Part shown: positions 52,959 through 64,000 of the stretch, one piece after another | Numbering within the stretch: the first letter of the stretch is position 1 | Layout of the letters: each line of letters opens with the position of its first letter | DNA from: Daphnia carinata | Taxonomy: Eukaryota | NCBI RefSeq assembly: GCF_022539665.2 | Contig: NC_081331.1 | Coordinates: 11,718,001-11,782,000, forward strand | Direction of reading: 5' to 3' | Length of the DNA: 64,000 bases | The notes under the pieces: model-generated | What the model saw: the letters and a program-made list of their open reading frames with translations, nothing else | What the model was told of the DNA's origin: nothing | The model's database searches: none | Program-made: the position numbers and the translations under genes

Positions 52959-55900
52959 TTCTAGATGGATTTTCCAGGGCGGCCGTCCCGAAATTTACAT
53001 AAACACACACAAGCGACTTGGTATCTACCTGTAATCGATTAACGAAAGAATAAAAAAGAGAAAAGAGTTCATAAAACTGATGGACGAAGAATCTGGAAGA
53101 AAAAAAAACCCTTTTTCTTCACGAGCTGTTTCATTTCATTGCTTTTTATTTCACAAAGATAACCGTTAAAATGAATATAATCAGACTGACCCGTCTTCGA
53201 CTTTTTTTTCTTCCCCGTTTTGGAGAGAAATACATGGCAAAGTTAAAACATTTCTCCAGTCAAAATAACGGCTAAAGGAAAATAACTATCCGATAATAAT
53301 CTGCATTTCATCAGGTAGAGATGCTCTAAGTCTGTTGGCCAGACTTTTGACTCCCTCTAACACCATCAGATTTCAAAACATTATCTTGATTCTTATTTAT
53401 TCGTATAAAGACGATGGAAGGCGAAGGGGGGCGGAGATGGGACGTCTGTTGAGAGTGGAAAGAAAAATAGAAGGCGAAATTCAAGAATCAAGCACCGTGC
53501 ATCGTTCCGGCACGCAGGAGACCGAAGAGAGAGAGACAGTACATAAAACGTAGACGAGAGTGGGGTAGTGAGTGTAGGATGCACGTGTACAGGGAGACCC
53601 AGATTTCTAAGTCAAATTGAATTTACGATGATTTGATTTGTCGGTTGCAAGGAGGAATGCTTATTTAGGAACTTTTCAGATCGTCTGTTTCTCTCTTTCC
53701 CCATTCTAGCCGGTGATAGGTTTGACAGTGTAGGCCGCTTCCAGCTTGACGGCCATGGCACGTCAATCCCCGGTTGCCGTGAAAATCAACGATAGCAACT
53801 GGAGTTGAAGACAGAGTGCTCTCATTCGGGGAAGGGGACCCACTTCTACTTGTAAATTCCATCAGAAATTCCAATTCAAGTGCTAATATGTACCGAATGA
53901 CACTCGCCGAGTGGGTGGTGAATATCGAGGTTGTTTTATTCATTTTTATTTTCAAGAATTTAGCCTTGTTTCCTAACTTAGCGCTGTATTTTTGGTTTAT
54001 ACACTAACGTAGCATTCGCTGCCGCTCTTTTCTTTCTTTTTTTTTTAAACACATATATTTTCGATGAAATGCAACCGCAACGGAAGGCTGGATACAACTG
54101 GAAAGTGGTGGGCTCTGGTGGAGGTCTGTGTAGTCCCGATGCCTAGGGGGCACGTACCAGCGAGTTCCATTCCGGCTACAGTCGCATTCGTCGGCTGCGG
54201 AGTTCCAAACTCGACTCGTTTAACATCTTCTCACCATCCCTCCTCCGTTCTGCTATATTTCACGCTGGTTTCTTTCGTTTTATACGGAACTTTTTCAATC
54301 AGACCCTCTTGAATATTCATTAACCGTGCAACGCATATGTATATATATCCACTGATTGGAAGAACTCTTCTCGACAATTCTAATCAAAGAGTTGCGTAAT
54401 GAAGCCATCCTATTCCAATACGTTCTCCGTATCTAACTCTCTGACGTTCTAATGTAGCAGACGGGTCAAAAGCAGACGTGAAACATGTGAAAAGAAAAGG
54501 AAGGCGGATCTTTCTTTCACCATGAACGAATAGATCGAAGACGTTCGAATGCACTGGCTACCTTTCCATCATCAACTGTCTCGTTGTGTGTCGATGGCTA
54601 TCTGCATCCGACACTAACCTTTTGTTATTACAAACACCTAAAAACGTTCATGATGGCCTTTTCTTTAAAGCCACTATAGTCCCCTGTAAAAAAAAAAACC
54701 CGTACGATCCGGTTCTTTTGGGTTGAAAAAAAAAAAGGCCGACTGTTAGTGAGCAACAGTTTGCAAACACAGCCGGCATTATCTGACAGCTGGATCGATC
54801 TACAATTGTCCATCAGTGGAGACCTACATGTTTTTTCTGTAGACATTAGTAGGGGAGGGGAAAACGTTGAGGAATTTATAAAGGAGAGTTCGCTATCGGC
54901 TAAATCACGTTTTCCGGAAGCAATTCCGTTTTAAAGATTTCTTATATATTTGACAAGGCTATTGTGTGTTGTTTGTAGTTATTCACGTCGTTTTCGCCTT
55001 GTCGACCCACACAATGAGACACCAGAAATTATGCGCACACAATTTCTTATTTGTTTTTTCCATCCCTTGTTGTCCGCCTCCCGTTTTGACGGGTCCCTCA
55101 CGAGATTCGGAGGAAACAAAGGCGTAGCACGACACTATGAAACACGTTGATGAATCTGTTAGGTAAGTCGGAAAGAATCGTGATGAGTCCATTGACTATG
55201 CAGATGAGCGTTCTTCAATCACTTTGTTTTTTTTCTCTGTTTATCATGTTTCCCAATGTGCCTATAAGGTCATAACAATTTTCATCACACATTACGTCTG
55301 AGAAAACTAACAAACTGACGATGAAACATCGGCCACTGGCTGTCCGACACGCCTATCTCATCTTGCCCCCTCTTTACCACCATCTTTATTATCGTATTTC
55401 GTGATGTTACACCATATGTGCGTATGCAGTGGGAGGGCAATTGCCATGGTAGTCTCGGGTGGGTGTGTAATCACGGCTATACCCCAAGTAAACTCGCCGG
55501 AGTTGACGGTATAAAAAGAATACAGCACAAGGATCAATCAACTTGCCAAGGCAAAGCCTAAGAAAAAAAAAAGAATAAAAGAATTCTTTTTTTTTTGTGT
55601 ACTGTGTTGAACAAGAAGCTGGTCTATAGGGCTCGGATTCTTGTATAGGATTCTTTGCGTCGGGTAGCTGTAAGACGATTAATAATATCAATGCAGGCTC
55701 TGATTGATATATACGACTCGACCAATTCATATGTCTGCCTCGGCCGAGGTTTACAACTGTTGGGCTTATTGTGCCACTGTGGCACACGTGCGGTGAAACT
55801 CGTGTTTGAGTATCGAGGAACAGGGTGGAGAGAAGAAAAAAGGGAAAACGGGAATATAAGAATCCCATGGTCCGAGACGGGGAACGACAATATGAGAACA

Positions 55901-56196
55901 GTAAATCACAACAAGTAAAAGAGGGTCATGGTATGGAGAAGGAAAGAAAAAAAAAGAACTAAAACCGAACGTATTGTGCAAAGGGCATAGAAGAAGACGT
56001 TGTTGCTCAGGTTGCCAGCATATAACAGGCGTTGGGATGTTTATAAAGAAAAAGGGAGAAGACTGAGCCGATTGGCGTTTGTTTTCAATATTATTAGACT
56101 GCATATACAAGGCATTGCGTGTTAAGACATAAAACAGGGTAAGGAAAACGTGAACGACCCAAGGATTCCCGAGCTGTTGTTGGTAAAAGGCAGGAC

Positions 56197-56201
<5 letters not shown>

Positions 56202-56229
<28 letters not shown>
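56202..56229 (+). repeat. A28 homopolymer
   Basis: Direct reading; the longest A run I saw in the window. Confidence 0.95.
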
Positions 56230-56230
<1 letters not shown>

Positions 56231-59200
56231 AAGGTTACTGCAGCAACGTTGAGCATAAAGACCCTCTTTCCTTATTTCATAGGCGGAGGCTTAACAAACA
56301 GTTCCATTAGTGGCCTATTGTATGTGATTCTCTTTTTGACGGTTCGTGAGCCTTTCAGGTCGTTCGTCAAGCGCCATATTGTGTATAACATTCGTTCGTA
56401 CACATGACACATACACATTCATATATATGCCTATTTACGTACGCATTCTCTTCTCGTTTGGCCGGCCACTGCTATCGTTGTGGGTCCGTTTATTGCCGCC
56501 CGATCAGCCCCAGCCGGAGCTTTAGCTATGTACACTAGGCAATTTTTGTGTCTACCGAGCCACACGCAAACGAAGCGGTTGACATTTTTGGGGGTGGGTC
56601 CGCTCCGATCGATGTCCGGTCAATTTGGCCCAGTTTCTTTCAGTTAAGAAAATCCTTTGCTATGAACTTCAGGCAAACGATTTGATCCTCAGCCAAAATT
56701 GAAACGTTGACTGCCTGAAGCGAACACGCCCGTCAATTTCATTTGAGATTTCGATGTGATTGCAACTCGCATCAGCCTTTCCCTATTTCATGATTTCTTT
56801 CTCCGTAAAAGTGGATCCTTTTTCTTGTAGCTGCTATTTACACTTCAGTCATTGGAATCTTCGTCTCTCTCACCAACACCTTATCGATCGTGTCGCGGTG
56901 ATCGATCTGTCATCAAGATCGATTCATCTTACACTAGGTTTCCGTAATGCATTTTGAATAGCGGCCAGGAAAAACGTCTCCGTCACCAGTATCCATTTCT
57001 TTTTTTTTTTTTTCTTCTCCCTCTTTCTCTTTATGCTTCGATTTTACTCCTTCCTCAGAGGCGCACATTTACACATTTTCATCCTGTCTAACTTTGAAAA
57101 GCGGAAGCAAAGTGTTGACCATCGCCGTGAGCCTCGGCTCTGTCGGTAATGACAGACGGTCGTGTCGGAAAAGATTCATCAAGACCATCTGGAAATCCCT
57201 TTTTATTTTCCCCCGGTCCCACTCAGCACGGCTATGCGGCCATCATTAAGGAGCATTGAGGCCTGCTACACGGAGGTCGTTTCAACTAGACTATGTCTGA
57301 AAAATGGACGAAGAGAAATAGATGTCGGGTATGAGACAATCTTGAAGACGTAAAAGAGCCTGTCTACGAACAGAGTTGGATTCAATTCAAAGGCCATTTT
57401 CGTTTTAAATGGCATTGGAAATGAAAGTTGTACGAGACTGTCGCTTTTCCTTGTGTGTTCGACCTCAAAAATAAGTTTCAACTAACGCGATGGAAAGGGA
57501 AGCTGAACTCGTTTACGAAAACGAGTTAGTAGAGTGTAAGAGATTATAGAGTCTAAGTAAGCGAAAAGAGATCAACTCGTCGCCTGTCGTTAAAATTGAA
57601 TGAGTTAGCTACTTCCATTGTTAATGAAATCATTTGGACCTTGGCCATGCGAAATTCAGAGATCCACCTTTTTGTCGCTGGAACACATCAAAAGAAGAAG
57701 TATATCCATTTAGTTCTTCTTATTTTTCACAAAAGATTTCGCATGGAATAAAGAAGCTGTTGCTAACTGCCGTATTATTTTAAAAAAAAGTAACTTAAAA
57801 AAAAAAATGAAAAATGGCGGACAATTATCTTGCCCTTTGACGGCGGCTCAGTGGCTTCTCCAGTCTGATTAAGCTAATGATAGGGTAACCGAAAATACGC
57901 GTTTCGTACACCGGGATAAAAAATGTACCGTTGGTACCGTGGACGAAGAATAAACGAAAAAGAAAGTAAACAACAATGGAAAGAAGAAAAAAAAAATGAA
58001 AATAACAAATAACTGAATAACTAACGATAAACGAGAGAGGAGATTCTTTTGACGTCTGAATCGCGGAGTGAGAGAGTGGAATGTAATTTTGCGACATTTC
58101 TAGCGTGTTTCCTTTTGTTACGACTGTTTGTTTAAAACCTGGCAACTGTTTTGTATAGATTTGTTTTCTTTTTAAAGTAAACTGGTTAAAACTAGACATT
58201 TTTTAAACCCTTCATCGCCTTGGCAATCATTAATGCGACATGGTAGCAGACACTGATAAATTGATTTCTATACATTGCGGACAGCTTGTGGTCGTTTTCT
58301 TTTTGTCTGAGCGAAAAGAATTTCTAGCCAATTAGATTTGATTGAAAATTTCAAGACGAGACGGGGGACAGTAAGGATAAAAAACACAATTGGAAAACAG
58401 CAGAGAGAATCATGTCTTGTGCATGCTAACATCGCATCGGACATCCAGTTATCTTTGCTCGATTCTCTAACACCATTTTTCTTCGTTTCTCGAGCCATCA
58501 GGACGGGACCCCCCGCCCTTTACACTTTGAAGAAACAAACAATTTGAAAAGAGGAAAAACTGAAAATGAAAACAAACAAAATGACACTGAGATAATGAAA
58601 AAAACAAAGAGAAAAGCCTTGCAGTTAAATACTCATCACAACGCTCACCTTTGTACGCCTGTCTGTTATAGAACGTTGAATTCAACTCTCGTCTCTCCAC
58701 ACAGTCTAATGATGAAAAAATGTTCGTCCAATCTGAACGGGAAGATGGACGGACAACAAGAAATATAAACAATGTTGTAGAAACACGTCACGGCCAGTTG
58801 TTGCGACCGCAGCTGTTTGCTCTTCTACACGCCCATGTAGTCCGCAAGCGGCTGATATCGGATTGCGTGACGATGATCCATCCGTCTTTTTTCCCCTTCG
58901 CTTACATACACGCACGAACCTACACACAAAGCCACAAGGGCCTCGTGAAATGCAAGGGCATCCAAAAACCAACAAAATTAGGTAAGTTGATGGAAGACCC
59001 GAACACTGGGCTCGTAGCTACTGTCAGTATCGCGTAGAATCAACGGGGGATCGTTGCGTGTCACCTGTGCTTGCTTATGTATATATACCTACCTGTGAGA
59101 ATGAAATAGAATCAAGAGGGAAAGAAGAAAAAAAAAACAACAGACACCATTCAAATCAAGCTGAGCGTTGAAATCGACTCTCATCACCGCCATTTTTCAT

Positions 59201-62200
59201 TTTCTTTCTCTTCATTTTGTTAAAAAGAAAAGCTTCTTCGAATGTCGGGGCCGGCAAGCTGTTAGACTGCGTTCACGTTAAATCACAGGATTTTCCGTTG
59301 CCCACCAGATGGTGTCCCGCTGCGTCTCGGCGGCTTCTGCCAGCGCATTTCATCGTGTCTATTCGTGTGTATTAGAATGTTGCATAAGTAACAAAGTCTC
59401 AGAGCCGTGTACTTCCGCACGCAGATATCATTATCACGCTGCATCACCTGGTGATTAACAAAAAGTCCGAAAGAGAAAAAAATAATAATAAATGAAGAAG
59501 GCGCCACAAGAAGAATAACAGCAAGGAGAGGCAAAAGATGAGGCAATGATACAAACGTTCAATTTATTTCGTGAGAGAGCCGGAGTCTTGTTAAGCTGTC
59601 ACGAAGTTGAGAAACTTTTGCCGAGTCAGACACTTGTTGCTAGTTGTGCTATTTATTATTGAATCGTTTACGACTAGCCCTCCCTCACTCGTTTTTTTCT
59701 TTTTTTACGTTCAACCAGTTCTCCGGGGAAATAGCGTGAGATACTCCGACGCGGTCTATTAAAACTGTGTGTTACGAGAGAAGCCCAACCACTCTCATCT
59801 TCATGTTGGTATGGAGCTCCGCCTTTCGCTGAAAGTCGTTACGACGAATCATTAAAGTGAATCGATCAGCGTTTACCTCTGTCTTCCCACCAGGGACACC
59901 GTAGATCGCTTACATTAGCCGCCCTCGCACGCAGATGCCTTTTAGCGCGCACGGCAACAGTTTGGCCAATTGTTGTAAATAAAACGAACAGTTTACATCG
60001 GTTGAAATTATAAATGAGCACCCGCAAATGTTCAAAGTAAGAAGTGGGGGGTGTAGACGAGGAATTCTAGATTCGAAAAAGAGATACAAAACATGTCCGG
60101 TTTAAAAGGTTGCTGGAAGACTTGGGTAGAGGTCATCCGCAAAACGAAACACCTACACGAGTAAAGGGGGGGGGGGGAGGGAGGGAGGAATAGTTAAAAC
60201 ACCCTGCGGGACTCTAGAGCCAGATGGTTAGCGATGCTTCATTTTATTCGATTTCATTTTTATTTACAAGAAAAAGAAATACTCCAACACCTCTTTGGTT
60301 TTCTGAATTCTTGATTTTCGTTTTTGAATTTCTCTCGTTTTTTTTTTTAAACACCTGTAGATGTGAAAAGAAGAGGGTGAAAAGCTGTAAAAGAAGACGA
60401 CGAAACCTTTTTGGGAAAAGCAAAACAAAGATTTAACACGTTTTTCTCTCGGCGTGATGTTTCTTCTTTGGCCCTTTCTTCAAATAATAAAAGCCAAAAG
60501 AGAGAGAAAAATAAAATGCGTCGATGTTTTTATAAGATGACGCAACCCGGAGGCGTGACATCCCAAAGGCTCGCTGGTAACATTCACGAACTGAGTGTTT
60601 TCATCTTCTCATGTCTTTTGTTAAAAACATTTCTATATAACTCTATCTTCTCTGTGGCGATACTATTGCTTTAAATATGCCGTCCAGTTTTGGTTTTCCT
60701 TTCTAATGCCAACTCTTTCTGTGTGTGTGTGTCATCTCGTTTCTCAGAAACTGGTACCGCAAAATCCAGTTTAAAAAAAAACATATCTTCTTAAATGCAA
60801 ATGAACCACAACTAGCAACCACCGTGCTTCACATAAGCTTTTACACGCTTCATACAAGGTTGTTTGTCCTCATTTCACCGCAGAGAAACACGAACAAAAA
60901 AGGAACATGAAAATAAGAAGCGAAGGCGGCTCTCAATCGATCGATCCTCTTTCGTTCAATTTCTGATGTTCAATTCATTTCCCCGCTTTTTTTTTTGCCC
61001 TCCACTTTGTGAAGACTATCAGTCATCGAGGTTCAACATCGTTGCTACATTTGGCCATACGTCTTGGCGGGGCACACGCCCCGATATTTTGATTTATACC
61101 GATATTATACAATCTGCTGGTTTCGTTGTGACACATGATTTATATGCAACACTGAATCGGTTCTTGTTTGTCGTTTATATCAACTCCTTATTTTGCTCGT
61201 CGTCGTCCTTCACCGTCTCTCTCTCTATCTTGGGATTCTGTTTTTTGTGGGGGCCCCTGCCTCTTGGCATGCCGCTACAAACAGCGATCACTATGAGGTG
61301 ATAAGACGAACCCTGTTTGTCTTGTAGCCCATCACTCTTGTTTGTTTCGGGACTGCATCTTCCTTTTTTGATTTTTTTTTTTGTTTTTTCCAATGCTTTT
61401 TCTCACTCACTTACCCAATTTTTTGTTTGTTCCTATGTACAATTCCATTCCCGGCGCCTTCTTTCCCCATTTGGGGCTCGGCGTTTAAATTCGTTCAATC
61501 AAACTTGGCAGCCCCACACAGAGACTAAAATAAAGGAAGACGCGCATGGTCCCACGAATCGCCATCAAATTCTTTTTGGGATTCGTTTTTTTTTTTATAT
61601 ACTTCCCTGAATATGTCGAAACCTTGAGATTGCTACTTTTTCTCACGGGAGCCTGTTATTTTTTGTGTGTTGCCTTCGTGATGCGACTCGTCATGCCCTG
61701 CCACAGTCTTTTCTACATACTATACGTCGGTTAAAAGCGCTATGTCTGTCTGTTCCCGGGGTCGCTAGTTCTACCCGGTCATTCCAATCGGGAATTGCGG
61801 GCATGATTCGCATTTTTGTCCACAACCATCTACAGTCTATACACGAAAGGGCTTTTTTTTTTGTGTTGTTGTTGTTGTTCAAAAGACAAAGCGCTGTTAC
61901 AAACATGAGCTATTTGTACAAGACCTTTGCCGACTCCCGCCGCTGTCAAATGTTTTTCTGATCATTCATTTCATTTTTATTTGTTTTGTCGTTCCTCTTT
62001 TCCCCGAAGAGAGCCAAACCTTTTAAGAAAACATATTTGTCCTCTGTTGATTTATACCACAGAAACTCGATAAGCTTTTGACTAAAGATGGCGGTCCAGA
62101 AAGAAAAAACAAAAAAAAAAAAAACAGGTTGTCTTTTGTGACTGACGATTCTAGTTGTTGTTTATCATTCTTTTGCCCATTATCGTCAATCTTTCAAACG

Positions 62201-63911
62201 AAAAACAAAACAAAAAATAACTATTTTAAAAGGTGCAAAGAGCATGAGGAGCTTGATCGACAAAACCGGGCGCTGCTTTTGCTTTTGACAGGGCGTCGGA
62301 GTAACAAACGGTGCGATGCGAGCTGAATCGCCAATGAGGTCAACTTATGACACGAAGTTCCCAACATACAAATCTTATAATCACGTCTGGTCCCAAACAG
62401 AGGGGAAGATAAGTGAAGGCTACACGCAGTTTAACAGGCTTCCTTCTCCGATAATCGCAAATCAGTTGAAGTGTTCAGTCCGGCAATCATTTTTTTTTTC
62501 CAACGAACAATAACATTTTCTTTTTTTTTTTCGATAGTTTTCCTACACGATAGGAGGGAGGTCCTCATTTTGCATAAGTGTTCTGATAGTCGTGAATGAC
62601 GTTTATTATCGGTATCCAAGAATGGACTGCCGACTTGACCGGGTGCGCGCAACGGGTTTCAATTCGTAACGCCGAGGAGGTCACGAATCGACGGGAGCCG
62701 GTCGTGAATCGCGAATGATTTGGGGAAATTTCACTGCATAGATGGTGCGCATAGAGTTGCGTTTATGATGAACTCTGCTCGCTCGCATAAGAAGAAGAAA
62801 TCTTTCGGCAGTCATTTCCATTTTTGTGTGGAAATAACTTTCGATGTTTTATGATTCGGTAGTTCTGACCTTTTTCAGATGTTTGGCAACGAAACGTTCA
62901 AGTGACGCATGAAATACGGCCACATTTTCAGCGGCCATCATCACTATTGAATGTTTTTTTTCTTTGTTCTTATAACCTTTCTCCTTTTACCTTTGCCTTT
63001 TTCCATGTCCCTCTATTTTTTTTTTCTTGTTCCATCGCTTTCTATTGAGCACTCTGAATGCAAATGAGTCACCCGACGTGCTATCGTATTGAATCGGTAC
63101 CTCCTGCGCTCCAACAAATGGAAGGCAAAGAGATAATGACAATCGCCGTGCGAACAATGTTGAGATTTCGTTCATACTGCCGATGATGAAGCCCTGCTTT
63201 CTTTCTTGCATGGCCCCATTGTTTTTGTCTTCTTCATCGACTTTCATTATGTTTCGACATTCTCACAGAAGAATGCGAGTCACACACGAGTGTATAGCCT
63301 TAAAAAGTCAGGACTTTAAATGTCAACCGTAGCTCCAAAGTTGACATACTTACGTCCAGATTTGAGCGGCCTAGTTTCAACGGGCCGCTTGCGTGTAGCC
63401 TCTTAAGGCATTTGAAATTGGAAGAGAAATTGAAGACATTATTTTTACAAATCCATTTGTCTACAAAGTGTCCGGCTTCCTTTTCGAGGCATATCCATAT
63501 GAGACATCCTTTTGCTGTTTTTGCGCTTCTTCGTGCTTTACCATTTCCATGTCGTCAACCAATCGACGTCAATCGTCTTCACCGTTGAACCCAAAGCTCC
63601 TTATTTTTCTGTCTTTTTCGGTTTCTGGTTGACGTAAAAAAAAAAGACAACGTGAAATCGATGGCAAACTGATCTGCATTCAAAAACGTTGGGGGGATTT
63701 TTAAAGGCAAAGAAAGTGGAATACACAAATTCCGAGCTATTTACTTCAGGTAATGGTTGGCGTGCTGTTTGTATTCGTGGGCAACGATTTTCTCTTTCTT
63801 GCCCTCCATGCAGAGTGCATACTTTTTCTTTTCTGTCTTGAAAGGTTGTGTGAACCTTATTGGATTTTTTGAAAGGATTCCCAGTTGATCCTTCAGCTGT
63901 TTTTCGGTCAC

Positions 63912-63939
63912 CTCTCTCTCTCTCTCTCTCTCTCTCTCT
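63912..63939. repeat. (CT)14 microsatellite
   Basis: Direct reading. Confidence 0.95.
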
Positions 63940-64000
63940 TAGTGCCACCAACTTCTCTTTTTTCTTTCCTTATTTCTGTATGATTTCCCCCTTTTTTTTC

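Noticed and set aside
56130..56235. A28 as a retroposon (SINE or processed pseudogene) tail
   Set aside because: No target-site duplication, Pol III A/B boxes or AATAAA signal in the expected place.
704..63951. Supplied ORF track as protein-coding genes
   Set aside because: The ORFs are short, overlap on both strands and are rich in F/K/ER runs from homopolymers and microsatellites. None has a recognisable domain, which is consistent with chance ORFs.

Overview
This is eukaryotic, AT-rich, essentially non-coding DNA. It has dense poly-A/T runs, microsatellites, long G tracts and abundant CpG. That style resembles crustacean (Daphnia-like) intergenic or intronic sequence, but the taxon is my inference from composition only. 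None of the supplied ORFs looks like a recognisable intact protein, and I found no rRNA, tRNA, CRISPR array or operon structure. The clearest real structure is a ~1.2 kb modular foldback/MITE-like element at ~30.8-32.0 kb. It is built from a diverged ~150 bp subunit in alternating orientations around palindromes, and a related inverted, diverged copy with a different palindrome lies at ~49.0-49.3 kb. A decayed charged, coiled-coil-like reading frame at ~9.1-10.0 kb follows an LTR-like 300 bp segment. A very weak Gypsy-integrase-tail-like remnant lies at ~43.9 kb. I cannot support a novel multi-gene system here; the window reads as a gene desert or large intron with transposon relics.
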